The position numbers and the translations under genes were made by a program. A stretch of 64,000 bases of DNA, taken from Minisyncoccota bacterium (lineage in GTDB: Bacteria > Patescibacteriota > Minisyncoccia > Phycocordibacterales > UBA2100). The notes under the pieces are model-generated. The model saw only the letters and a program-made list of their open reading frames with translations, did no database searches and was not told the origin of the DNA. The stretch lies in NCBI GenBank assembly GCA_022842645.1, contig JALHPE010000002.1, positions 1,322-65,321 on the forward strand. The letters are read 5' to 3'. Of the stretch, positions 48,585 to 57,822 are shown piece by piece; within the stretch, counting starts at the first letter, position 1, and every line of letters starts with the position of its first letter.

Positions 48585-49157
48585 TTATGTTTTTTGTTTT
48601 CCACTATCTTGTTCATCATACACCTCCGTCGCCTTATCTATATAGAGAACACCATCAAGGTGATCCATCTCATGTTGAAAAATGTGTGCAAGAAGACCCG
48701 AGGCGCCACGGGTGAACTTTTTGCCATGTTCGTCGTAAGCAGTGATAGTCGCTTTTTCCGCGCGCGGAACCATGCCCCACTTACCACGAATCGAAAGACA
48801 GCCTTCATGCTTATCTTTTTTTGCGCGCGAGAGTTTAGTTAAGACGGGATTGATATAAACTTGGTCGGACACGGCTTCGACTTTCGAACTTCGAGCTTCC
48901 GCGGAATCGTCTTTTACGCCGCGCTTTGTCGATGCTTTTTCGCGCTTTGCAATCGCTGAGCCGGCAACAATGAAAAGTCGCACTGATTCTCCCACCTGTG
49001 GCGCAGCAAGCGCTACGCCATACTCTTCTTTGGCAAGAAGTTTTTTCATCTCGGCGATAAGGGTGAGTATGCGAGCACTCCCAATCTCGTCTTTGGGAAT
49101 TCCTTCCGCGATAGCGCGGAGTGCTGGGTGTTCTTTCTGTACGATACTGCGACTCAT
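48585..49157 (-). CDS. def: Peptide deformylase
   Basis: GVALAAPQVG, EGCLS, QHEMDHLDG. Confidence 0.97.
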   Translation of the reverse strand: MSRSIVQKEHPALRAIAEGIPKDEIGSARILTLIAEMKKLLAKEEYGVALAAPQVGESVRLFIVAGSAIAKREKASTKRGVKDDSAEARSSKVEAVSDQVYINPVLTKLSRAKKDKHEGCLSIRGKWGMVPRAEKATITAYDEHGKKFTRGASGLLAHIFQHEMDHLDGVLYIDKATEVYDEQDSGKQKT

Positions 49158-49185
49158 GATGAAGACTATACCGCGTCAATTACAA

Positions 49186-49385
49186 ACAAGAAACGGCTCG
49201 ACCAAAGAATGGTCGAGCCGAATTATGTGGGCGCAAATGTATGCCAGACTCGAAAATTACACCCTCTCGGTCTCTCGCGGGTACATTTGCGCCCTCCTCG
49301 CCTCCATGGTGCGCGGGGCAGATATAGTGCGCAGGTTGGGCGGCGAGGTCTCGGGAGTTGTAGCTGGTCTCCCGAGATAAAGCTT
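49186..49385 (-). ncRNA. Candidate ~200-nt orphan sRNA with three stems and a terminator
   Basis: TTGTAC-N17-TATAAG at 49419-49391. Stems 49349-49377, 49296-49348, 49229-49294. Terminator stem 49194-49220 followed by TTTCTT. Confidence 0.55.
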
Positions 49386-49427
49386 TGTTCCTTATACCAT
49401 AGCCGCCGCTCATGTACAATTCCCCGC

Positions 49428-49694
49428 ATGCAACACATTGGTGCGAGCTTGAAAGAAAAACGAAGCGCACTGCGCCAGACCGAGCGGGGTGAAATAATGA
49501 AATATTTTTGCGACCGTCTCAATCCAAGCAGAATTCGCGACAACCTCCCAAAAATCACTATGGCACGGATGGGGAAGATTCTGGAGCAGATCCCCACGAA
49601 AGATCTCTACTATTTGAAACGCGTGTGCGACGAAGCGGGGAATTTCTCCAAGAAATTCTGGTACGAACTAGACCCCAAAAAACACCAAAATTGA
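49428..49694 (+). CDS. Hypothetical basic protein
   Basis: TACAAT 7 nt before ATG 49428. TERGE..KDLYYL..C..FSKKFW. Confidence 0.7.
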   Translation: MQHIGASLKEKRSALRQTERGEIMKYFCDRLNPSRIRDNLPKITMARMGKILEQIPTKDLYYLKRVCDEAGNFSKKFWYELDPKKHQN

Positions 49695-49755
49695 CGCTAT
49701 AAAACGATGTGGTACAATATCAGTCTCGTTGTTTAGAAAAAGGAAGGACGAAGAC

Positions 49756-49983
49756 ATGGTCAATCGACAGCCGAATGAGTTCGATAAAATCGAAATTGAA
49801 CTCATTATTGAGGAGACAGAAACGCGAGCTCTGCATGCTGAGCGGGCAGGAAAACCAGACTGCGCAAAGCTCGCCCGCACAACCGTGCACACGTTGGAAG
49901 GGGAACTCGATCGTCGTATTGAAGAACGTAAAAAACTCTTCGATCTCGGTGCCGCGGCTGTGCTCTCAGAAACCGGTATCTAA
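49756..49983 (+). CDS. Small helical hypothetical protein
   Basis: TTGACG...TACAAT promoter and AGGAAGGA upstream, hairpin downstream. Confidence 0.55.
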   Translation: MVNRQPNEFDKIEIELIIEETETRALHAERAGKPDCAKLARTTVHTLEGELDRRIEERKKLFDLGAAAVLSETGI

Positions 49984-50063
49984 TCTGCCCGAGAGAGGGC
50001 ACAAGCGCTCCGCATTACGGAGCGCTTTCTTTTTCCACACGCACGACTACAATGCGCCTACCC

Positions 50064-51077
50064 ATGGCACTCTTTACACCCAAACTTGGTATCGACCTCG
50101 GGACGACAACCGTGCTGGTCTTCGTCCCTGGGAAAGGTATTGTGCTCAATGAACCGTCGGTTGTCGCCGTCTCCCTTGCCGACAACAGAATCCTCGCCGT
50201 TGGAAATGATGCCAAAGACATGATTGGGCGCACTCCTGATGCGATTCGTGCCTATCGTCCTATGAAAGACGGCGTGATAGCAGACTACCGCGTCACCGAG
50301 GCGATGCTTCGTTACTACATCCGAAAAGCACTTGGCCCATGGAATTTATTCCGACCAGAAGTCATGATCTCTGTTCCTGCGGGGGTCACGTCGACAGAAC
50401 GTCGTGCAGTGGTGGAAGCGGCGACGAAAGCTGGTGCGCGTCAGGCGTATGTCGTCAAAGAACCAATCCTCGCCGCCATTGGCGCGGGCATTCCTATTCA
50501 TGAGGCGCGCGGTCACATGATCGTCGACATTGGCGGAGGCACAACAGACGTTGCGGTGATTTCCCTTGGCGGTATCGTCGCATCCACATCGGTGAAATGT
50601 GCAGGGAACGCTATCGATCATGCAATTGCTGACTACATCAAAAAGAATTTGAATCTTGCAGTCGGGGAGCGTAATTCTGAAGGCATAAAAATCCAAATTG
50701 GCTCTGCTGTCCCGCTTGAAGAAGAGCTATCAATGATGATCAAGGGGCGCGATTATGTCACAGGGCTTCCACGCTCTGTCGAGCTTTCAACGAACGAAAT
50801 AGTAAAAGCTATTTCAAAAGAGCTCCGTACCATGGTGACAGCCATCAAAGATGTGCTTCAAGAAACGCCGCCCGAACTTGCCGCCGATATTATCGACAAC
50901 GGCATCATCATGACGGGAGGCTCCTCTCAACTCCGTAATTTTGCCGAACTCATTTATCGCCGCACTGGCGTGCGAGCGCAAGTCGCAGCAGACGCGCCGT
51001 TTTGTGTCGCAAAGGGAACTGGCGAAGCCCTCAAGCATTTAGATGTCTACAAAAAAGCGATTATCTCCAAGCGTTGA
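50064..51077 (+). CDS. mreB: MreB/Mbl actin-like protein (stand-alone paralog)
   Basis: GIDLGT, NEPSVVA, DGVIAD, DIGGGTTDVA, TGGSS. Confidence 0.95.
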   Translation: MALFTPKLGIDLGTTTVLVFVPGKGIVLNEPSVVAVSLADNRILAVGNDAKDMIGRTPDAIRAYRPMKDGVIADYRVTEAMLRYYIRKALGPWNLFRPEVMISVPAGVTSTERRAVVEAATKAGARQAYVVKEPILAAIGAGIPIHEARGHMIVDIGGGTTDVAVISLGGIVASTSVKCAGNAIDHAIADYIKKNLNLAVGERNSEGIKIQIGSAVPLEEELSMMIKGRDYVTGLPRSVELSTNEIVKAISKELRTMVTAIKDVLQETPPELAADIIDNGIIMTGGSSQLRNFAELIYRRTGVRAQVAADAPFCVAKGTGEALKHLDVYKKAIISKR

Positions 51078-51133
51078 CACATAAAGAATAGTATATTTTA
51101 ATACCCCTGTCAGTCTACAAGAGGAAAAAGCAA

Positions 51134-51268
51134 ATGACAAAGATTTTCATTGCCGTTGCTGTGATGATGCTTACGTGTGTCGGTGTAGCAATCCTCCTTG
51201 CGCTTATAACCAATGGATCTGAGAGCGCAAAGAAGGTCGCACAAGAATTCTTCGGTTCACCTCTATGA
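51134..51268 (+). CDS. 44-aa single-TM protein (absent from the ORF track)
   Basis: MTKIFIAVAVMMLTCVGVAILLALITNGSESAKKVAQEFFGSPL*, with TTGACA..TATATT promoter and GAGGA. Confidence 0.55.
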   Translation: MTKIFIAVAVMMLTCVGVAILLALITNGSESAKKVAQEFFGSPL

Positions 51269-51314
51269 AACGTGGTGCGCCGTGAAAAAAAGGGGGTCGT
51301 CGGAAGACGGCTCC

Positions 51315-51809
51315 CTACTTTTTTAATTTCTCAATATCAGCAAGGAGTCGCTTGAGGTCCTCTTGAATGGTCACGAGGGTCTGCTTCTGTTCGGCTTTAC
51401 GACGTTCTTCCGCGGCTTCTTCCGTTTCCTCTTCTTCCACAATTTCCTCCACGTCCTCAGAAATTTCCTCAACATCTTCTTGAAGCTCTTCGACGTCTTC
51501 TTGAATTTCGCCGACATCTTCTACGATCTCTTCGACGTCTTCCTGAATCTCCTCAACGTCCTGACTCACTTCCGCAAGGGATTGTCCTTGATAGTTAATT
51601 GTCATTTGAATGAATATGGCGAGATAAATTGCCTCCAAGGAGACAATGGTCGTAAGGACAAGAAGCATGCGATCGAAATCGACAACCTGAAAAAAGGCAA
51701 GCGCAAAACACCCAAGAAAAAAAATCGAATGTAAGATAATAGACGGAGGAGAGCCGACCATGCGCGTGATTTTGAGCGCAGTTTTTTCAATATCGCTTTG
51801 TACGCGCAT
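51315..51809 (-). CDS. DUF1003-like membrane protein with acidic heptad repeats
   Basis: LTTIVSLEAIYLAIFIQM, repeated EDVEEI(Q/V/S). Confidence 0.8.
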   Translation of the reverse strand: MRVQSDIEKTALKITRMVGSPPSIILHSIFFLGCFALAFFQVVDFDRMLLVLTTIVSLEAIYLAIFIQMTINYQGQSLAEVSQDVEEIQEDVEEIVEDVGEIQEDVEELQEDVEEISEDVEEIVEEEETEEAAEERRKAEQKQTLVTIQEDLKRLLADIEKLKK

Positions 51810-51869
51810 GCGCCTAGTGTACTACACTCGAACTTGATACTTGATTGCTTGTACTTGATACTTCTGTGT

Positions 51870-52502
51870 ATGCAGTATGCAGGAGCATATCTTGTAGCCG
51901 GAGGCGCGACGACAGTAGATACGCTTCTCGAGCGTCTGCGCACAGAAGGTGTTGTTGAAATAGGGAGCCCTGATCTTTTTAGTCGTGCATATAGAAAATT
52001 TGGTGTCGAGGAGGCGGAAGACATTCGTGCCCGCATACGTTTGAAGCCGATACGCGATCCGCGTCGTGTCGTTGTATTTTTTGCAGCCGCACCAACTACT
52101 GAGGCACAAAACGCACTTCTCAAGACACTTGAAGAACCAGCAGGAAATCCTCTTTTGTTTATCGTCACTCCCGCGCCAGAGACCCTGCTTGCAACGGTGC
52201 GTTCGCGTACACAGCGATTAGACATCAAAGGGAAGGAAGAAACCGATGTTGAGGCGTTCCTAGGCGCTTCCTTTGAGGAACGCATTCAGATGCTGAAATC
52301 CCTGTACGAACATGACGACGATGGTCGCGACATGGCTGCGGTACGTGGATTTTTGCACGCACTTGAGCGCCGCTTTGCGGAAGTGCCGAATCGCACAGAT
52401 GCGCTTCGCGCCATATATCGTGCTGGGAAGTTTGTGGGGGATAGAGGTTCACTTCTCAAAGCACTTCTTGAGCAGGTGGCTCTCCTTACGCCGAAGTTGT
52501 AG
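51870..52502 (+). CDS. holB: DNA polymerase III delta-prime-like subunit
   Basis: T.EAQNALLKTLEEP, LL.TVRSR. Confidence 0.8.
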   Translation: MQYAGAYLVAGGATTVDTLLERLRTEGVVEIGSPDLFSRAYRKFGVEEAEDIRARIRLKPIRDPRRVVVFFAAAPTTEAQNALLKTLEEPAGNPLLFIVTPAPETLLATVRSRTQRLDIKGKEETDVEAFLGASFEERIQMLKSLYEHDDDGRDMAAVRGFLHALERRFAEVPNRTDALRAIYRAGKFVGDRGSLLKALLEQVALLTPKL

Positions 52503-52514
52503 TAGAATGTGCGC

Positions 52515-53066
52515 ATGGCATACGATTTTAAATCTTTTGAAGTGAAACTTGCGGGAGCAAAAGAATGGCTCGGTCGCGAGTATCAGGGGCTGCGCACAGG
52601 CCGTGCGACGCCAGCAATTCTTGATGGCATTTCAGTGCAAGCCTACGGCTCGATGATGCCACTCAAGCAAGTGGCGACGATTGGTGTCGAGGATGCACGT
52701 TCTCTTCGCGTGCAGGCGTTTGATCCCGGAATTATCAAAGATATTGAGCGCGCGATCACGCAGGCGGATCTTGGCGTGGGCGTCGGCTCCGACGCCTCCG
52801 GTGTGCGCGTGACGTTCCCCGAACTCACCGGCGAGCGTCGCGAGCAGCTCATCAAACTCGCAAAAGCCAAGCTTGAAGATGCGCGCACCACAGTGCGCCA
52901 AGCGCGCGATGAGTGTTGGAAAGATATTCAAGCGCAAGAAGAAGAGGGTGCGATAACCGAAGACGACAAATTTCGCCTGAAAGATGAGATGCAGAAAAAG
53001 GTGGATGCGATGAACGAGGAATTACAGAAAGCGTTTGAGAAGAAAGAAACAGAGATGCACGGATAG
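52515..53066 (+). CDS. frr: Ribosome recycling factor
   Basis: LRTGRATP..LD, FPELTGERR, ITEDD, KKE.EM. Confidence 0.96.
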   Translation: MAYDFKSFEVKLAGAKEWLGREYQGLRTGRATPAILDGISVQAYGSMMPLKQVATIGVEDARSLRVQAFDPGIIKDIERAITQADLGVGVGSDASGVRVTFPELTGERREQLIKLAKAKLEDARTTVRQARDECWKDIQAQEEEGAITEDDKFRLKDEMQKKVDAMNEELQKAFEKKETEMHG

Positions 53067-53068
53067 TC

Positions 53069-53148
53069 TGTAGAAAGTAGTTTGTAGACTGTAGTAAAAT
53101 ACGGTGCAGGCATTTCACTACAAACTAAAGTCTACAAACTACAAACTA
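53069..53148. repeat. Inverted pair of heptamer tandem arrays (nGTAGnn / CTACAAA)
   Basis: tgtagaa agtagtt tgtagac tgtagta ... ctacaaa ctaaagt ctacaaa ctacaaa. Confidence 0.75.
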
Positions 53149-53156
53149 TTTTTTCC

Positions 53157-54242
53157 ATGACAACAGCCCTCCTTGTCCTCGGCATTCTCATTTTTCTCAT
53201 TGTCGTCCATGAGCTTGGGCACTTTTTTGCCGCGAAACTTTTTAAAGTAAAGGTTGAAGAGTTTGGTATTGGGTATCCACCACGAGCCTTCACGTTCGGC
53301 ACCTGGGGAGGCACAGAATACACGCTGAATTGGCTTCCGTTTGGCGGCTTCGTGAAGCTGTGGGGCGAGCACGGAGAAACGCATACGCGCGGCAGTTTTG
53401 CAGGCGCACCCAAATACGCACAGGCGATCATTCTCATTGCAGGCGTCACCATGAACGCGCTCGCTGCCTATTTTCTTTTTGCAGGCGCGCTTACCGTTGG
53501 TGTGCCGCGCCTCATCACTGATCGGTCACAAATAGAACACGCCGAGCTTCTGGTAAACACGGTTGTACCAGGTTCTCCCGCCGCTGTTGCGGGGCTGCGT
53601 GTGGGTGATGAGATTACGCGCGTTGTGGATGAGAAAGGCGTCGCAGTCAGTCTTGTGCCAGGGGATGTGGTGAATTACGTTGGCGAGCGCGGCGGAAAGC
53701 CGCTTGAAGTCACCTATCGCCGTGAACAAGAAATTCTCACGGCAACCATGATTCCTGCACATGCTGTTGTGGAGGGAAGTGCGAACAGGCCCGCGGTTGG
53801 GATTGGTTTAATGCTCGTTACCGATGATGCGCTCCCACTTGGTGCGGCGTTTAAAGAGGCTGGCACACGTACGAAAATCGCATTTGTTGAAACAGCAAAA
53901 GGCTTGTGGAAACTTCTGCGTGATGCGGCCGGAGGGTCGCCAAACATCAAAGAAATCGTTGGTCCCGTGGGTCTTTTCGATTACGTAGGTAACGCCTCGC
54001 GTCATGGGGTGGGGCAGGTGCTGGCACTCGCGGCATTTATTTCAGTCAATCTCGCCATCATTAATCTCGTGCCGATTCCAGCTCTCGACGGCGGTCGTCT
54101 TTTCCTTCTCGGTATCGAAACCGTCATTCGCCGCCCGCCTCCAAATGTAATCGTAAACCTCTTCAACTTTGCCGGCATCCTCCTCATCATCGTCCTCATG
54201 ATTGCGGTCACCTACAACGATATTGCGCGGTTGCTCTCATAA
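53157..54242 (+). CDS. rseP: RseP-like site-2 intramembrane metalloprotease with PDZ domain
   Basis: HELGH, LPFGGFVK, NLVPIPALDGG. Confidence 0.95.
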   Translation: MTTALLVLGILIFLIVVHELGHFFAAKLFKVKVEEFGIGYPPRAFTFGTWGGTEYTLNWLPFGGFVKLWGEHGETHTRGSFAGAPKYAQAIILIAGVTMNALAAYFLFAGALTVGVPRLITDRSQIEHAELLVNTVVPGSPAAVAGLRVGDEITRVVDEKGVAVSLVPGDVVNYVGERGGKPLEVTYRREQEILTATMIPAHAVVEGSANRPAVGIGLMLVTDDALPLGAAFKEAGTRTKIAFVETAKGLWKLLRDAAGGSPNIKEIVGPVGLFDYVGNASRHGVGQVLALAAFISVNLAIINLVPIPALDGGRLFLLGIETVIRRPPPNVIVNLFNFAGILLIIVLMIAVTYNDIARLLS

Positions 54243-54315
54243 CCAAGGGTTATTGACGTAAAAGAAATCGGCCGAACATTTGCATGCCGGCCGATCTTTC
54301 ATTTTGAGGAGGCGG

Positions 54316-54579
54316 TTAATGGTGGATGTACGGACTTACAGGCGGATACACCGTGCCCCACTCTCCTTTGAGGTGCAGGTTGTGCTCAACGCACGCATTA
54401 AGCACAATTGCTCGATTCTGGTAAATCGCCGACGTGGAGACCGCTTGATGTTCGCACATGTCCCTGTCGGTGTGAACGACAGTTTGTGGAACCATGTAGG
54501 GGTAGCCACCGCTAAGCTTTTTTTGGGACTCAGTTGGCTCAGAGATCAAGTAGAGTATAGTCAGAATAAAGACCTTCAT
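54316..54579 (-). CDS. Small hypothetical protein, oriented opposite to its neighbours rseP and proS
   Basis: AAAGGAG SD, hairpin at about 54263-54300. Confidence 0.55.
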   Translation of the reverse strand: MKVFILTILYLISEPTESQKKLSGGYPYMVPQTVVHTDRDMCEHQAVSTSAIYQNRAIVLNACVEHNLHLKGEWGTVYPPVSPYIHH

Positions 54580-54679
54580 CGTCGCGACTCCTTTTTGCAA
54601 GACGATTAATTTATAATAGCATGATATTATTATAAGTCAAGTTGGGAGTTTTCTCGAAGACGCGTACAATGCTAAAAAT

Positions 54680-55948
54680 ATGCGTCAATCTCAACTCTTC
54701 ACCCGAACCCGCAAAGAAGCCCCGAAAGACGAGGTGGCAAAGAATGCACAGCTCCTCATCCGCGCTGGCTATGTGCACAAAGAAATGGCGGGTGTCTATG
54801 CGTATTTGCCGCTCGGACTTCGCGTATTGGAAAAGATTAAGCAGATTGTGCGCGAAGAAATGAACAAAGTCGGCGGGCAAGAGATCATCATGACCGCACT
54901 CCAGCGCAAAGAGCTGTGGGAGAAAACAGATCGTTGGGACGACAGGAATGTTGATGTCTGGTTTAAGTCGGAACTCAAAAGTGGCGGTGAGGTTGGTTTT
55001 GGATGGTCGCATGAAGAGCCTATCACCGATATGATGACGAATTTTCTTTCGAGTCATCGCGATCTTCCTGCATATGTGTATCAATTCCAGACCAAGATGC
55101 GTAATGAGCTCCGTGCGAAAAGCGGCATCATGCGCGGGAGAGAGTTTGTCATGAAAGACATGTACTCCTACACAAAAAATGCAGATGAGCACAAGAAAAT
55201 CTACGATGCGACGATTGATGCCTATCTTCGAGTGTTTGAACGTGTTGGGCTCGGTGACCGCACATTCCTCACGTTCGCTTCCGGAGGCGCATTCACCGAA
55301 TTCTCACACGAATTTCAAACACTTTCTGATGTAGGGGAAGATGTGGTGTATCTGCATCGCGAAAAGAAAATCGCCATCAACCAAGAAGTATTGCGAGATG
55401 ATGTACTCACAAAACTTGGCATTGCGCGCGATGAGCTTGAAGAAGTGAAATCTATCGAAACTGGAAATATTTTTGATTTTGGCGGAATGAAATCAGAGCA
55501 GCTCGGCCTTTTTTACACGAACGAAGAAGGGGAGAAGACACCTGTACATTTGGGCTCATACGGTATTGGCATCACGCGTTTGATGGGTGCCATCGTTGAA
55601 ATCTTTTCCGACGAGAAGGGTATTATCTGGCCAAAGGAAGTCGCACCGTATAACGTACATCTGGTATCAATCACCAGCGGAAACGCTGATGTTGAGAAAG
55701 AAGCAGACCGCGTGTATGAGATGCTGCGTGAGAGTGGTATTGAAGTTTTCTACGACGATCGCGATCTGCGCGCGGGGGAAAAATTTGCTGACGCCGATTT
55801 GATTGGTATACCACTTCGCCTCGTAGTTTCAGAAAAGACAATTGCCGCAGGCGGATTTGAACTCACAATCCATCAGCTGGCGGAGAGGCAGGGCAAGGGA
55901 ACCCTGGTCGCGGAGAGCGACATTATTGAAACACTGCATGACGCATAA
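54680..55948 (+). CDS. proS: Prolyl-tRNA synthetase, short form
   Basis: MRQSQLF, LLIRAGY, YQFQTKMRNE.R, REFVMKDMYS, GSYGIGITR. Confidence 0.96.
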   Translation: MRQSQLFTRTRKEAPKDEVAKNAQLLIRAGYVHKEMAGVYAYLPLGLRVLEKIKQIVREEMNKVGGQEIIMTALQRKELWEKTDRWDDRNVDVWFKSELKSGGEVGFGWSHEEPITDMMTNFLSSHRDLPAYVYQFQTKMRNELRAKSGIMRGREFVMKDMYSYTKNADEHKKIYDATIDAYLRVFERVGLGDRTFLTFASGGAFTEFSHEFQTLSDVGEDVVYLHREKKIAINQEVLRDDVLTKLGIARDELEEVKSIETGNIFDFGGMKSEQLGLFYTNEEGEKTPVHLGSYGIGITRLMGAIVEIFSDEKGIIWPKEVAPYNVHLVSITSGNADVEKEADRVYEMLRESGIEVFYDDRDLRAGEKFADADLIGIPLRLVVSEKTIAAGGFELTIHQLAERQGKGTLVAESDIIETLHDA

Positions 55949-55953
55949 TCACC

Positions 55954-57021
55954 ATGAACACACTGCGCAGATGGAAGGACAAGATACTCGGATTCTTTTC
56001 GAATGATATTGGTATTGACCTCGGCACAGCAAACACGCTCGTGCATGTGAAGGGGCGCGGCATCGTAATTAACGAGCCGTCACTCGTTGCGTTTAATCAG
56101 AAGACAGGGCAGGTGGTTGCGGTGGGGCAAGAAGCCAAAAACATGCTCGGACGCACACCGCCGCACATCGTCGCGGTGCAGCCGGTGGTGGATGGGGTTA
56201 TCTCAGACTTTGAAATTACGAGTGAGATGCTGGGATACCTTATTGGGAAAGCACAGGCAGGACACACAAAGCTTCTGGGGCCGCGCGTCGTTGTGGGCGT
56301 GCCGTCGGGAATCACCTCAGTCGAAGTGCGTGCCGTGCGGGATGCGGCGCGCGCCGCAGGCGCGCGCGAAGTGCATATTGTAGAAGAACCGATGGCTGCA
56401 GCGATTGGCATTGAACTTCCGATACACGAACCAACGGGAAGCATGGTGATTGATATCGGCGGCGGCACGACGGATGTGGGTGTTGTCGCGCTCGGAGGAC
56501 TCGTAAACGCACGTAATGTCCGTGTCGCGGGAGACAAATTCAATCAAGATATCGTGAGTCATATTCGTAACGAGCATAAACTTTTGATTGGGGACAGAAC
56601 TGCAGAAGACATTAAGATTGCAGCGGCAACCATATTGCGCGGTGCCCCGATTTCATTCACTGCACGCGGGAGAGATCTTGTCAGTGGTCTCCCGCGTGAA
56701 ATTGTCGTTACCGATCAAGATGTGCGCACGGCAATCGGGCACTCGATAGACGATTTGGTAGAGCAGGTGAAAGATGTACTTGAGTCCACGCCGCCAGAGC
56801 TTCTTGCCGACATCATGCAGCGTGGTATTTATCTTGCTGGCGGTGGTGCGCATATCCGCGGGCTTCCAGAATTTCTGACTGCGGCTCTTGGGGTTCCTGT
56901 TATTGTCGCGCCAGATCCTCTCACTGCTGTTGTGCGCGGTACTGCACTTATCCTCGATGACATGGAACGCTTCCGCGACACGCTTCTTACAAACGAAGAT
57001 GAACTCGTGCCTTCAGAATAA
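55954..57021 (+). CDS. mreB: Rod-shape protein MreB
   Basis: IGIDLGTANT, EPMAAAIG, DIGGGTT, LAGGGA. First gene of the mreBC-PBP2 cluster. Confidence 0.96.
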   Translation: MNTLRRWKDKILGFFSNDIGIDLGTANTLVHVKGRGIVINEPSLVAFNQKTGQVVAVGQEAKNMLGRTPPHIVAVQPVVDGVISDFEITSEMLGYLIGKAQAGHTKLLGPRVVVGVPSGITSVEVRAVRDAARAAGAREVHIVEEPMAAAIGIELPIHEPTGSMVIDIGGGTTDVGVVALGGLVNARNVRVAGDKFNQDIVSHIRNEHKLLIGDRTAEDIKIAAATILRGAPISFTARGRDLVSGLPREIVVTDQDVRTAIGHSIDDLVEQVKDVLESTPPELLADIMQRGIYLAGGGAHIRGLPEFLTAALGVPVIVAPDPLTAVVRGTALILDDMERFRDTLLTNEDELVPSE

Positions 57022-57024
57022 CCT

Positions 57025-57822
57025 ATGCAGCCGCGTCGCCCGTCATTCACCAGAAGTGCGACGCGCGATACTTCCGTCGCACGCAACTTTGTATTTCTCG
57101 CACTCATCGTGGCGGGTATTTTTCTTGTCGATCATGTTTCTCAAGGTGTCATGCGCTCCTCGCTTAAAGAATTTGGAGGTCTTGCTTCGGCCACTGTCGC
57201 AAGTGTCGTGAATACACTACCAAGTGCACATGGATTTGCCACTCGCGCATCGATTATTGAAGAAAATAAAGCATTACAGGATGCGCTGGCGCGACGCGCC
57301 GAAGAAGATGCTCGTTTTGAAGCGCTCCGCGCTGAAAACGAAACACTGCGCGCGCTTGCAAAAGTTGCAGCGGCAGAGACGGGTGGTGTGAGCGCTTCAG
57401 TGCTTTCGTCATTTTCCACCTCGCCGTACGGCACCTTTGTTATCGGGGCGGGTGCACGTCATGGTGTGCAACTCGATGCAACAGTGCTCACGCCGAGCGG
57501 TTTCCTACTAGGAAAAATAATCGCTGTCCAGGATCGCACGGCAACCGTTGAGGCGCTCTTTGCTCCCGGAAAAGAAATCGAAGCCGTCATTAACGATGTT
57601 CCGCTTCTTCTGCATGGAAGAGGTGGTGGCAATGCACGCGGGGAGGCTCCTCGCGATGCCGCCCTCAAGAAAGGAGATGTTGTGACCATTCCCTCCTTTG
57701 CGAGACGCCCAGCGGGCCTTGTGGTTGAACTTAATGTGGCGTCATCAAGCGCGGTAACCACACTTTTTATCCGTACCCCGACGAATCTCGATACACTTCG
57801 TTTTGTCTATGTCGTTCAGTAA
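57025..57822 (+). CDS. mreC: Rod-shape protein MreC
   Basis: TM, EN..L coiled coil, I..G...GV, GRGGG, position after mreB. Confidence 0.85.
   Translation: MQPRRPSFTRSATRDTSVARNFVFLALIVAGIFLVDHVSQGVMRSSLKEFGGLASATVASVVNTLPSAHGFATRASIIEENKALQDALARRAEEDARFEALRAENETLRALAKVAAAETGGVSASVLSSFSTSPYGTFVIGAGARHGVQLDATVLTPSGFLLGKIIAVQDRTATVEALFAPGKEIEAVINDVPLLLHGRGGGNARGEAPRDAALKKGDVVTIPSFARRPAGLVVELNVASSSAVTTLFIRTPTNLDTLRFVYVVQ

Noticed and set aside
49229-49335. GATATAGT resembling a group I intron S element, and a bridge-RNA-like three-stem layout
   Set aside because: No complementary P7 partner or P/Q elements, and no IS110 recombinase in the window.
51440-51570. 21-bp periodic repeat
   Set aside because: Explained by the EDVEEIQ heptad coiled coil of the encoded protein.
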